Virus record (IMG/VR): IMGVR_UViG_3300006802_000088
Direction: 5' to 3' (one strand)
Length of the DNA: 64,000 bases
Source of the DNA: an uncultured virus (IMG/VR IMGVR_UViG_3300006802_000088)
Taxonomy: Duplodnaviria > Heunggongvirae > Uroviricota > Caudoviricetes
The position numbers and the translations under genes are program-made. Within the stretch, counting starts at the first letter, position 1; every line of letters begins with the position of its first letter. Under the pieces are notes generated by a model that worked only from the letters and a program-made list of their open reading frames with translations, was not told where the DNA came from and ran no database searches. Shown here one piece after another: positions 19,818 to 27,868 of the stretch.

Positions 19818-20432
19818 TTAAAATTCGCCCTCAAGCGAATCTAGGTCTTCACCAGCACCGGATGAATAGCTTCTTAGAATAATTTCATCAACCGTACCCA
19901 GTGATTTGCGAGAAACAATTTCATCCAGCTGGATGTTGTAGGCCACATATGAACCAGCAAGCATTCTGTCACCCTTTAAAAGTGTTAAATCAGAAAACTC
20001 TTCTCGCATTGATGACTCATCAATCATAATTCTAAAAAAATCATTAGGGTCAGTTGCTTTTAAGCACGGATAGTCAAGGAGCGCTGACCGAACAACGGTA
20101 GTAAGTCTATCCCTCATTTCCGTACATTCTTGTGAACCCTCAGCCCTAACCCAGACATATGTTCTCATCTGGTATTCGACCCTATATAGGGGGTCGGCGT
20201 TGCCGTAGCCAATTCTTTCCAGTCTGTTTGTGGAAATCGCTATGGTGATGATTGTTGGCCAAGAATTTAACGCTAAAGGTTCGTAAGTTATAAATTCCTC
20301 TGGAGTCGGCAGGTCGGTGCTTGAGAGATTCCAGCCATTTCTGTATTCAATCAACCTAACTGGGATGTCAAGTTTGAGGTAGTTATTGATATATTGTTTG
20401 GCAAATTGAGCACCGTGCATTAGTTCCATCAT
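19818..20432 (-). CDS. Tail terminator/completion protein
   Basis: Position upstream of the sheath; size. Confidence 0.55.
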   Translation of the reverse strand: MMELMHGAQFAKQYINNYLKLDIPVRLIEYRNGWNLSSTDLPTPEEFITYEPLALNSWPTIITIAISTNRLERIGYGNADPLYRVEYQMRTYVWVRAEGSQECTEMRDRLTTVVRSALLDYPCLKATDPNDFFRIMIDESSMREEFSDLTLLKGDRMLAGSYVAYNIQLDEIVSRKSLGTVDEIILRSYSSGAGEDLDSLEGEF

Positions 20433-20920
20433 CCTGGTCCAATCTGTTTTTTAACTCCATAGGCGACATATCGCGCCATAGTTTTGCCGAGGTCGCGTGA
20501 AAATCCAACAGGAGTAAAAATTACTCTTCTTTTAGCCATTTTGCTTGTGCCATATTGGTGAAATTTTGCATATTCGACGTCGGTGCCAAATTCGGCACGA
20601 GTATCCATGACCATATTTACTCTTGAATTTTCTAGTTCTGTAACGCTTCTAAACAGTTTTCCAGTTCTCACCATAGGCGGCGCACCAGGAACATTGGTCG
20701 CTTTCCATGACGCATATTGTGGGCTTAATGGGCTCCAACCACCAGAGGGGAGTCCGTTGGCCGTAAAGTTTGCAGCATAACGAGTTTCCAGTTCTCTTTT
20801 TGCCCAATAGAAAACAGGTTTCATTTTTCTTGTTCGTTTTTTCATGTCATCCAGAAGTTCTTCTACATCTTCCGTGTCTATGTCGACATGAACTACTATC
20901 CTGACGTCACCTCTGGCCAT
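20429..20920 (-). CDS. Virion morphogenesis (tail completion) protein
   Basis: WSPLSPQY...MVRTGKLFRS...GTDVEYAKFHQYGTSKMAKRRVI. Confidence 0.85.
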   Translation of the reverse strand: MARGDVRIVVHVDIDTEDVEELLDDMKKRTRKMKPVFYWAKRELETRYAANFTANGLPSGGWSPLSPQYASWKATNVPGAPPMVRTGKLFRSVTELENSRVNMVMDTRAEFGTDVEYAKFHQYGTSKMAKRRVIFTPVGFSRDLGKTMARYVAYGVKKQIGPG

Positions 20921-21781
20921 TTATGCAACCCTGACTCTGCGGTACCTCTTTACTGCGAGTAGTTCTTTTTCCATGAATCCAGTTTCCACAGGGGCAACAG
21001 AACGTGGATTTAGGTCTTTTATACCGACCACGTCATCGTGCATGTTCTGCATTTCTCGTGTTGCTGCTCGCAAAATCATTAACCTAAACATAGGAATTGA
21101 TGCTCCGTCAAAACCTGCGGTATAACTGATTGTGACCTTATCGTCTGGTCCGCCATACCAATAATCAATACCATATCTTCGGACCATGTAATGAGTATTT
21201 TCAAGCAATGTTGTTTGCACATCACCATCGATTACGGATGTTGTAGCAATGTTGGCGTTTGTTTTGGAAAAGTTGATACTTGTTGGAGTTGAGCTGGTGA
21301 CAGTGAAGTTTCCATTAAACACGGTGTTTGAAAAATCAGATGAGGTTATTTTGCTTCCAACTGAAAATGGATGCATGTTGTCAAATGTTATGGTTGCCAC
21401 ATTGTTGGTGAGAGAAACAGAAGCTGGATTATATGAAACTCCAGGTCTTCTGACCTTGACGTTACTAACAGCAATAACCGGAGTATTCCTAAAATACAAG
21501 GTTTCTGGAGGAAGGGCATAATCGGCAGCAGAGTTTGCTACCTCTCCGTTCTGACCGTCCCTATATGTGTCCTGATTTGTCAAAAAAGAAGACATTGGAA
21601 TTCCGTGGAAATTTGAATCAAGAATATGTTCTTCAACAAAACTTGTAACCTCTATTGGCCTTCTAAGATAGGCCTCAAGTTCACTCTGAAGACCTTGTAG
21701 CACATATTCCGCAGCGTCAACCTGACGCAAAGTAAACTTTACGTCCATATAGGTTGTCAACTCTGCTACTGATACCAACAT
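20921..21781 (-). CDS. Head-tail adaptor with inserted beta-rich module
   Basis: MLVSVAELTTYM...EAYLRRPI...PVIAVSNV...VTISYTAGF adaptor motifs. Confidence 0.75.
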   Translation of the reverse strand: MLVSVAELTTYMDVKFTLRQVDAAEYVLQGLQSELEAYLRRPIEVTSFVEEHILDSNFHGIPMSSFLTNQDTYRDGQNGEVANSAADYALPPETLYFRNTPVIAVSNVKVRRPGVSYNPASVSLTNNVATITFDNMHPFSVGSKITSSDFSNTVFNGNFTVTSSTPTSINFSKTNANIATTSVIDGDVQTTLLENTHYMVRRYGIDYWYGGPDDKVTISYTAGFDGASIPMFRLMILRAATREMQNMHDDVVGIKDLNPRSVAPVETGFMEKELLAVKRYRRVRVA

Positions 21782-21858
21782 AAACCTATCCTTATGGTGT
21801 TAATGTAGGTTTAATTGTACCACTAACGCAAAATCGTAATTAATTAACTACGATTCAG

Positions 21859-22440
21859 TTATCTCGCTCTTCTTGACGCTGCCTTCTTAGCGGCTGGTTG
21901 TTTTTTAGCAACAGCTTTTTTGGCGGCTTGCTTTTTCTTGGTTGCTTTTTTGGCTGCTCTAGCTTTCTTTGCAGCTTTAGCTCTCTTGGCTTTCTTGGCC
22001 GCCTTGACTGCGTCTTCACGCGCCTTTCTCTGGGCTAACCCTCTTGTTGCATCCCGACCTGGTTTATTTAAAGAAAATCCCAATCGAGCATTTCCACCGA
22101 TAGCACCCATTTGTCGGCGATTTGGAAGACCCTTAGCTCTACGGGCTGCCATTATTTTTTTATCAATTGGAGGTCGTCCCCTAAATGTAACACCAGCAAG
22201 TGTTTTGGTTTTTCCAGATTCGTCGTAGCCCATTTGTTTGGTGGAATATTTAGCTAACTGATTAAGTCCCTTACGGCCACCATAGGCTTTTTTAACTATG
22301 TCATTAAGATTTTTGAGTTCTTGTTTATTCTTTTTGGTTCCGCCTCTTTTAGTTTTTACCAATTTCTCAAGTCTGGCAAGCTGAGTTCTAACTATCTCTG
22401 CATCGTCTGTAAAATCTGGTCCGTATCTTAAGCCCGGCAT
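21859..22440 (-). CDS. Basic histone H1-like (Lys/Ala-rich) protein
   Basis: C-terminus KAAKKAKRAKAAKKARAAKKATKKKQAAKKAVAKKQPAAKK; ATG at 22440 preceded by GAGGA. Confidence 0.7.
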   Translation of the reverse strand: MPGLRYGPDFTDDAEIVRTQLARLEKLVKTKRGGTKKNKQELKNLNDIVKKAYGGRKGLNQLAKYSTKQMGYDESGKTKTLAGVTFRGRPPIDKKIMAARRAKGLPNRRQMGAIGGNARLGFSLNKPGRDATRGLAQRKAREDAVKAAKKAKRAKAAKKARAAKKATKKKQAAKKAVAKKQPAAKKAASRRAR

Positions 22441-22513
22441 AACGTCCTCATTCTTGTTTTGTACAAAATACAAAACAAGTGTATCACCCACTCGCCAGTA
22501 GGTTTGTGTAGAG

Positions 22514-23062
22514 CTATCTATCCGGGTTGGGTGGTGATTCCACCAAAGACGCCCTGTCTACGGTTTTTGAGTCAGCCTCAATAGGCACCCAGGCTCTCGC
22601 ATATGTATGTTCCTGTATTTTTCGACTCTTAATGATGCTTGCATCCAGAAGTAGGTCAAGCTCATCAACCCCCATGGATAGTAAGTTTTTAAAATCTTTA
22701 ATATCGTATTTTCCCGATAAATTAATTTTCCTAATTATCTTGGAAAGAGGTTTGGCTACTATTGAGCCCTTGCCCCTATTTAGTTGAATATGCAGCATCA
22801 TTGCATCGATTAGGTCACAATCGTGTTCGACGACGGGGATGAGCCCTTTTGTCGCCTCCGCAATGCTTTTAACATTTTTTGCCAAAAGCCAACGTTCGCT
22901 TCCGTCAATTATTTCGCCAGTCCATTTAGATACATGAATTGGTTGTATGAACCCATATTGCTGCAGGGACGCAGAAAGCACCATTAAGTCTGGACGCAAT
23001 ATATATGTTGCTTTCCATTCGGGCACTTTTAGTGAGTCGATTTGAACGTAATTAATATTCAT
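22514..23062 (-). CDS. ParB-like (IbrB-like) protein
   Basis: SLQQYGFIQPI...EIIDGSERW...HIQLNRGKG. Confidence 0.8.
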   Translation of the reverse strand: MNINYVQIDSLKVPEWKATYILRPDLMVLSASLQQYGFIQPIHVSKWTGEIIDGSERWLLAKNVKSIAEATKGLIPVVEHDCDLIDAMMLHIQLNRGKGSIVAKPLSKIIRKINLSGKYDIKDFKNLLSMGVDELDLLLDASIIKSRKIQEHTYARAWVPIEADSKTVDRASLVESPPNPDR

Positions 23063-24194
23063 CTATGTTGCTCATTTCTTGCTCTTCGATGGTTCTTACG
23101 GCGTGAGCCTTTGTCTTTGGACCTATTGGTGTTGGTGAATTTACGTCTATGTCGTTTAATAATAAATTCCTTATTAGCCAATTTATTGGGTAAGCCCTTG
23201 GGTCCGAATTATGTTTTTGTCTAAACCTAGAAACAAACACTCGCGCTTCTCTTTTACGTTTTTCCCCAATCAAAAAATCTTCTATGAACTCTCCGGCACC
23301 AGAAAAACCATTATCAGAATATCGACTAATTAATTTTTCAACATCAAACTCGGGCCACCAACGTCTTTGTGCATCTATGTGTGGGAAACATTCAAAAAGC
23401 CTGTCATAGAATTCTGGTTCCGTAGCAACAACATCACCAATTCTTCTTATTGCAACGCTATGCAATGGGATACCAACCCTCGTGTTGCTTTGTGTTAAAG
23501 CTGCCAGCTCGTAATATTCGCAAAATTCAGCATTGTGTTCTTCTGTAATGAACTTGAAAACATCATCAGTGTTCCAGTCATAAATGATTTTGGCAAATTT
23601 AAGAGGGATGCTTTGTTTGAGCCTATATGGATGATTGATGTAATTTTCATGAAGTTTTTGCACGACGGAACGATAGCGAACCATTGATTCACTAGCCCTG
23701 ACGCCAGTTATAAAAGCAACACTACCTTTTTTATTATTCATTGTATAAACGTCGGTTGGTTCAGGTAAAGACCGAGAATGGTCTAACCCAAAATGAGTTG
23801 CGTTAATTGCCCATGGCGGCATGTCTCTGATTAATCTGTTTTCTTTTAATCTTCTTTCACTCCATAGGAGAGTCGTCTCTCTTCTTCCAAGAACCCAGAT
23901 TTCTGCTGGGTACGGCAGGCAATACCACTCCATGTCTACCCACGGATAATTCCTTACCTTCTCCACATAACTAATCGTGGCTGGAGAAACCATTTCCTCA
24001 TCACGAAAAATTACTTTAACTGGACCTAAATTTCTCTCCTCGTGAATTTCTTTAGCTAAATACAAAACAGCAGTGGAATCTTTGCCTCCAGAAAATTGAA
24101 CGCATACCGTATCGAAAGTGTCGTATACATGTCTTATTCTGGCGCGTGCAGCATCTACGCAGGAGATATTTAAAAACATGCGTTGTCTAGTCAT
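23052..24194 (-). CDS. PAPS reductase family (IbrA-like) protein
   Basis: AARARIRHVYDTFD...FSGGKDS...FRDEE...GVRASESMVR...IYDWNTDDVF. Confidence 0.85.
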   Translation of the reverse strand: MTRQRMFLNISCVDAARARIRHVYDTFDTVCVQFSGGKDSTAVLYLAKEIHEERNLGPVKVIFRDEEMVSPATISYVEKVRNYPWVDMEWYCLPYPAEIWVLGRRETTLLWSERRLKENRLIRDMPPWAINATHFGLDHSRSLPEPTDVYTMNNKKGSVAFITGVRASESMVRYRSVVQKLHENYINHPYRLKQSIPLKFAKIIYDWNTDDVFKFITEEHNAEFCEYYELAALTQSNTRVGIPLHSVAIRRIGDVVATEPEFYDRLFECFPHIDAQRRWWPEFDVEKLISRYSDNGFSGAGEFIEDFLIGEKRKREARVFVSRFRQKHNSDPRAYPINWLIRNLLLNDIDVNSPTPIGPKTKAHAVRTIEEQEMSNIDEY

Positions 24195-24211
24195 AAAAAT
24201 TTATTTATTTT

Positions 24212-24991
24212 TTAAATTTCACAGTGTTCATCAATAAAGTTCAATAGTTTTTGTCCAGTAGTTGAGCCATCGATGCTTGGGTTATTGCGTAGCCAGGTTA
24301 TGAACCTGTACCATTTTTTCTGTTGGTCCGAATTATCAAATACTAAAGGAACTTGCACTGCAGCACTTGGGGCAGCCCCAGGCATGGCCACAGTAGAGCC
24401 ACGAATCGCAATATCTTCGTGATTCATCTGATTATCGGCAACTATTCTCATTTCCCCGTCTTCTGTTTTCTGAACTAAATTATCAATTTCTCGTGCAGTC
24501 TCTTGTTGTGCGGCAGTAAATTCTTTTTTTGTTTCTATGTTTTCGTTTTCTATTTTTGCCAATACCGCATCACTCTCATAAGATGCAATTTCAAATTCGT
24601 CCCAACCCATATCTTCAAGAAGTTCTGGATAAAAATCAGATATTGAGACAATCATGTCTAAAAGTAGTTCTGGTTCCGTATAACCAAGTTCCATAGTTCT
24701 GTTATCGGCAAGCGCATACGCAATAGCACGTTTGTCGTCGGCGTCCAAAAAAACTACAGCAATTTTGTCCCAACCCAAAACTTTTGCTGCCTCTAGTTGG
24801 TGATTACCAGCTATTACCGTGGATGTACCATCTTCATTTTTTTTGGCAACAATGGGTTTTATTTGCCCAAACTCCGAGTAGGAAGAAACAATCGCATCAA
24901 CATTTCCGACACGAGGGTTATTTTCTAAAGGGCTAAGACTCTCAATTGGAACAGCAAGAGACAAAAGAGACTTATGGATGTTGGGTTTCAT
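24212..24991 (-). CDS. ParB N-terminal domain protein
   Basis: NPRVGNV...FGQIKPIV...IAGNHQLEAAKVLGW...ALADNR. Confidence 0.85.
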   Translation of the reverse strand: MKPNIHKSLLSLAVPIESLSPLENNPRVGNVDAIVSSYSEFGQIKPIVAKKNEDGTSTVIAGNHQLEAAKVLGWDKIAVVFLDADDKRAIAYALADNRTMELGYTEPELLLDMIVSISDFYPELLEDMGWDEFEIASYESDAVLAKIENENIETKKEFTAAQQETAREIDNLVQKTEDGEMRIVADNQMNHEDIAIRGSTVAMPGAAPSAAVQVPLVFDNSDQQKKWYRFITWLRNNPSIDGSTTGQKLLNFIDEHCEI

Positions 24992-25323
24992 ACCTGCACC
25001 CGAACATTGGCGTTTAGTGTTCTCATTGCATCCATGGATGCCCTAATAGAGAGAAGTGCTTCTCTTTTTGTTTTCATTAATGCTTCAGCAATCTTGAATT
25101 CATAATTCAGTTCGTCCATTTTGTAGTCAGCCCAAGCTTCTCTTTCCTTTATTGAACCCTTGGCTGAAAGATATTCTTTGGCCCAATTTGATTTGTATAA
25201 AGATTCCTTTTTCGCTGCATCCACAGCCAAAACCTCGAAAGCTTCTGTTTCGCTTTCTAGTAAATCCATAAAACGTAATAATTCTTGTTCAATTTCTATT
25301 TGGCTAATTGGGCTATTTCTCAT
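24988..25323 (-). CDS. Coiled-coil protein (possibly UvsY-like recombination mediator)
   Basis: Helical 111-aa ORF next to RuvC; resemblance only. Confidence 0.4.
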   Translation of the reverse strand: MRNSPISQIEIEQELLRFMDLLESETEAFEVLAVDAAKKESLYKSNWAKEYLSAKGSIKEREAWADYKMDELNYEFKIAEALMKTKREALLSIRASMDAMRTLNANVRVQV

Positions 25324-25851
25324 TTAATCCTCTTTCTTTAGTACTCCCCAATCTACTTTCTCTAAAGCAGATAAATTGACATCTGGCCATTTATGTTCAG
25401 AAAGACCCAAATATGAAAGGCCCATTTGCTCCAGTATCCACGCATCGCATTTGTCGTCCGCCCCTGGGTTCCCCCAGACTATTCCGGTTCGAGCGGATAT
25501 GGCTGAAATTACTTCGTTTTTTGAGGCGTTGCCACGTCCTGTAGCAAATTTGGCTCGACATGTAGGCGGTATCTCTATATATGACTTATTTATTTTTTTT
25601 ATTGCAACTCGAACAACCCCTCCAAGTTCGCCTATAGAAAAAGCTTGACCACTTCGTGATGCGAAAGAATACCCTTCTATCAAAACAATATCAACATTTA
25701 AATTTAAAATAGTTTTTATTATGTTTTCAGAAATTTCAATTAGTCTTTCAACTCCAGTAAGTTTAGATGTAATAACACCATTTGCGCTTCCACAAGAATA
25801 GCCAGTAGAAGTTAGGGATAAATCAAGACCCATTAAATTAAGTTTGCGCAC
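25324..25851 (-). CDS. ruvC: RuvC-like Holliday junction resolvase
   Basis: GLDLSLTSTG, IEGYSF, GELGGVVR, KFATGRGNASK, DDKCDA. GTG start lies 7 nt after TAGTAT (leaderless). Confidence 0.85.
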   Translation of the reverse strand: MRKLNLMGLDLSLTSTGYSCGSANGVITSKLTGVERLIEISENIIKTILNLNVDIVLIEGYSFASRSGQAFSIGELGGVVRVAIKKINKSYIEIPPTCRAKFATGRGNASKNEVISAISARTGIVWGNPGADDKCDAWILEQMGLSYLGLSEHKWPDVNLSALEKVDWGVLKKED

Positions 25852-25877
25852 AAAGCACATACTAGTATTTCTGCTAA

Positions 25878-25916
25878 AGCAAAAACCCACCAAACATCCA
25901 GCATGCTTGGTGGGTT
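25878..25916 (-). terminator. Intrinsic terminator
   Basis: AACCCACCAAGCAU-GCUGG-AUGUUUGGUGGGUU-UUUGCUUU. Confidence 0.8.
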
Positions 25917-26026
25917 AATCTAAAAGTAGCGGCCAAAACTGGGAACTACTTTTCAGAATTTATTGCCGCAAAATGCTGGATTTAGGACCACCGCCTTTCT
26001 TCCTCTTAAGGTTGATGTCGGCTGGA
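25878..26026 (-). ncRNA. Candidate structured small RNA (RNA2) with 16S-3'-tail-complementary segment
   Basis: TGnTATGAT -10 at 26038-26033, no plausible ORF, internal hairpin 25953-25922, 14-bp terminal hairpin 25916-25884 followed by a U-run. Confidence 0.55.
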
Positions 26027-26089
26027 AATTAAATCATAACATTTAATTAAAAAGAAGTTTAGTAAAGTAATTTTTTTTAAAAAAAATAT

Positions 26090-26155
26090 CCTATTACACG
26101 CAAAAGCCGAGTGGAGGACCCACTCGACCCTTGCGCCTATAACGGCCCTAAGGTA
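26090..26155 (-). ncRNA. Candidate small RNA (RNA1) antisense to 23S rRNA H69-H70
   Basis: TAAACT -10 at 26166-26161, then UACCUUAGGGCCGUUAUAG and a 17-bp hairpin that pairs fully only on the minus strand (4 G-U pairs). Confidence 0.55.
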
Positions 26156-26210
26156 TTATCAGTTTACTATTTAGACAAATACTAAAAGTGTAAAGGTATT
26201 AATTTTTAAT

Positions 26211-26552
26211 TTAAAGACCAAGACCCCTTTTAGCTAAACCTAAATCAAAAGCTAATTGTGGGTTATTGCCGATTCTTATGTGGCAGGGCCTGCAAACTGC
26301 AAGCACGTTATTTTCATCCAATATCGAACCACCCTGAGAGCGTCGAACAATTTCATGAACATCCCTGCTGAGGTGTTGGTTAAATGTGGTTTTGCCATCA
26401 TGTGCAGCAAATGGCTTACAGGCTTCGCAAAGAAAACGTTCTTTTAAAATTTTCTCAACGAACGGGCGACGTTTTTCGTAGAGTAATTCTTTTTTAACAC
26501 TACGTTTACGTAGGGGTTTTCTTTTTTTAGGGGGTTTTGGATTTTTTTGCAA
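26211..26552 (-). CDS. HNH-family nuclease-like protein
   Basis: CEAC...DVHEIVRRSQGGSILDENNVLAVCRPCH. Confidence 0.75.
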   Translation of the reverse strand: MQKNPKPPKKRKPLRKRSVKKELLYEKRRPFVEKILKERFLCEACKPFAAHDGKTTFNQHLSRDVHEIVRRSQGGSILDENNVLAVCRPCHIRIGNNPQLAFDLGLAKRGLGL

Positions 26553-26585
26553 GCCAAGACCTTTCCTGTGAGGACGAATTAGTTA

Positions 26586-27119
26586 CTAAAGTGTATCAAT
26601 ACCAATATCGTCAAATAACCACTTATTCTCCAAAAGCGCCCATAAGGCTCGGTCTACGGCCGTGTCTTCTAGGTCAAATTCTCTTAGCAGGGACCTGTGG
26701 GCAGAAATGCCTCGCTTTAAAAAATCAACTTCTTGCCAACCATCACTTACCAGCATTTCTTTGCCCGTCTCTATCATGACGGTAACTTCATCAAGGCGTC
26801 TATCAACATGAAATTTAAATCTTTTAATCTTCATCAACCTTGCCGCGTATGCAGATTTAGCTTCTGCTGCAAGACGTCGACCAGTAGGGCCCATTGATTC
26901 ATATCTAGTTTTATCAATTTCGGCATCTTCCTCAATTGATTCAATTTGGTCTTGGATGTTGTTGGAAAGAGCGACTAGGGCCGTTTGCCATCTACCCCAA
27001 TTGTCTTTGTTTAAAAGTTCTTTTTTATGCAATGGGGAAATTTTATTTTTAACGTCTTCTGCAACTATTCTTGCAAATGAATCATCATTCATCATTTTGT
27101 ACCACTCCACGCTGGACAT
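26586..27119 (-). CDS. Hypothetical protein
   Basis: 177-aa ORF in operon; start uncertain. Confidence 0.6.
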   Translation of the reverse strand: MSSVEWYKMMNDDSFARIVAEDVKNKISPLHKKELLNKDNWGRWQTALVALSNNIQDQIESIEEDAEIDKTRYESMGPTGRRLAAEAKSAYAARLMKIKRFKFHVDRRLDEVTVMIETGKEMLVSDGWQEVDFLKRGISAHRSLLREFDLEDTAVDRALWALLENKWLFDDIGIDTL

Positions 27120-27868
27120 ATTTTTTTATAACTACAAAAATTACACAAATACGATTTGCGAGCTTCAAAAAATCCTGAAGCGCAACTCTCATCAACCATG
27201 TTTTTGCTTTCTTGTATATACTCCACAACTCTTTTAAAATCTTTATCTGTAACTTTCTTTTCTAATTTTATTCCGTCTTTTAAATAAAGCAGTTCTATTT
27301 TGTCGACATCGCCAACCCCTAGTGATGACAGTAGTTTTGCGTAAATTAAAAGTTGTAAAAACTTTTCCTCTACGTCTAATTTGGGGGTTTTGCCTGTTTT
27401 GTAGTCACTAACAGTGAGCATTGTCGTGCCATCAGAATAGGTGTATCTATCAATAAAGCCACGCAACATTACCCCTGCAACTTCCCCGTTTAGTTCGTAC
27501 TCAATACCGACCGGAGATATTGTTTCTGGGTTTTCTAGTCGCCAAAGATTTTCGATACACCACCATGCTGACCAACGAAATTCTTTAATTTCTTTTTCCG
27601 TAAAAATCACTTTTGAAGTTTCTTCACTCCACCTGGATTCCCACATGTCTTTTGCTATAGCCCTGGCTGAAAATATTGTTCTAAGTTGAGGCTCTAACTT
27701 ATAAAATTCCTCAAGGACATCATGCACAAAATTTCCCAAAACCGCCCAATGGTTTGACGGGTCTGGGATTAAATCAATTTTATTGAATTTAAATTTTTGT
27801 GGACATTGTCTATAGGTAGACATTGACGATGGCGACAAATAAGTTGGCGCAATTAAATTACTCTCCAT
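27092..27868 (-). CDS. Cas4/RecB-like PD-(D/E)XK exonuclease
   Basis: LSPSS..YRQCP...GNFVH...GFIDR...DYKTGK...QLLIYA...CNFCSYKKICP. Confidence 0.9.
   Translation of the reverse strand: MESNLIAPTYLSPSSMSTYRQCPQKFKFNKIDLIPDPSNHWAVLGNFVHDVLEEFYKLEPQLRTIFSARAIAKDMWESRWSEETSKVIFTEKEIKEFRWSAWWCIENLWRLENPETISPVGIEYELNGEVAGVMLRGFIDRYTYSDGTTMLTVSDYKTGKTPKLDVEEKFLQLLIYAKLLSSLGVGDVDKIELLYLKDGIKLEKKVTDKDFKRVVEYIQESKNMVDESCASGFFEARKSYLCNFCSYKKICPAWSGTK

Noticed and set aside
26014..26023. 10-nt match to the 23S peptidyl-transferase loop as independent evidence
   Set aside because: Too short to be significant alone; mentioned only in context.
26137..26155. rRNA gene remnant or attP within 23S
   Set aside because: Similarity stops after 19 nt on both sides and no integrase is present in the window. 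Kept only as an antisense-RNA hypothesis; attP cannot be fully excluded.
27092..27868. CRISPR-Cas system
   Set aside because: Solo Cas4/RecB-like nuclease beside a Rad52-like annealase; no array or other cas genes.
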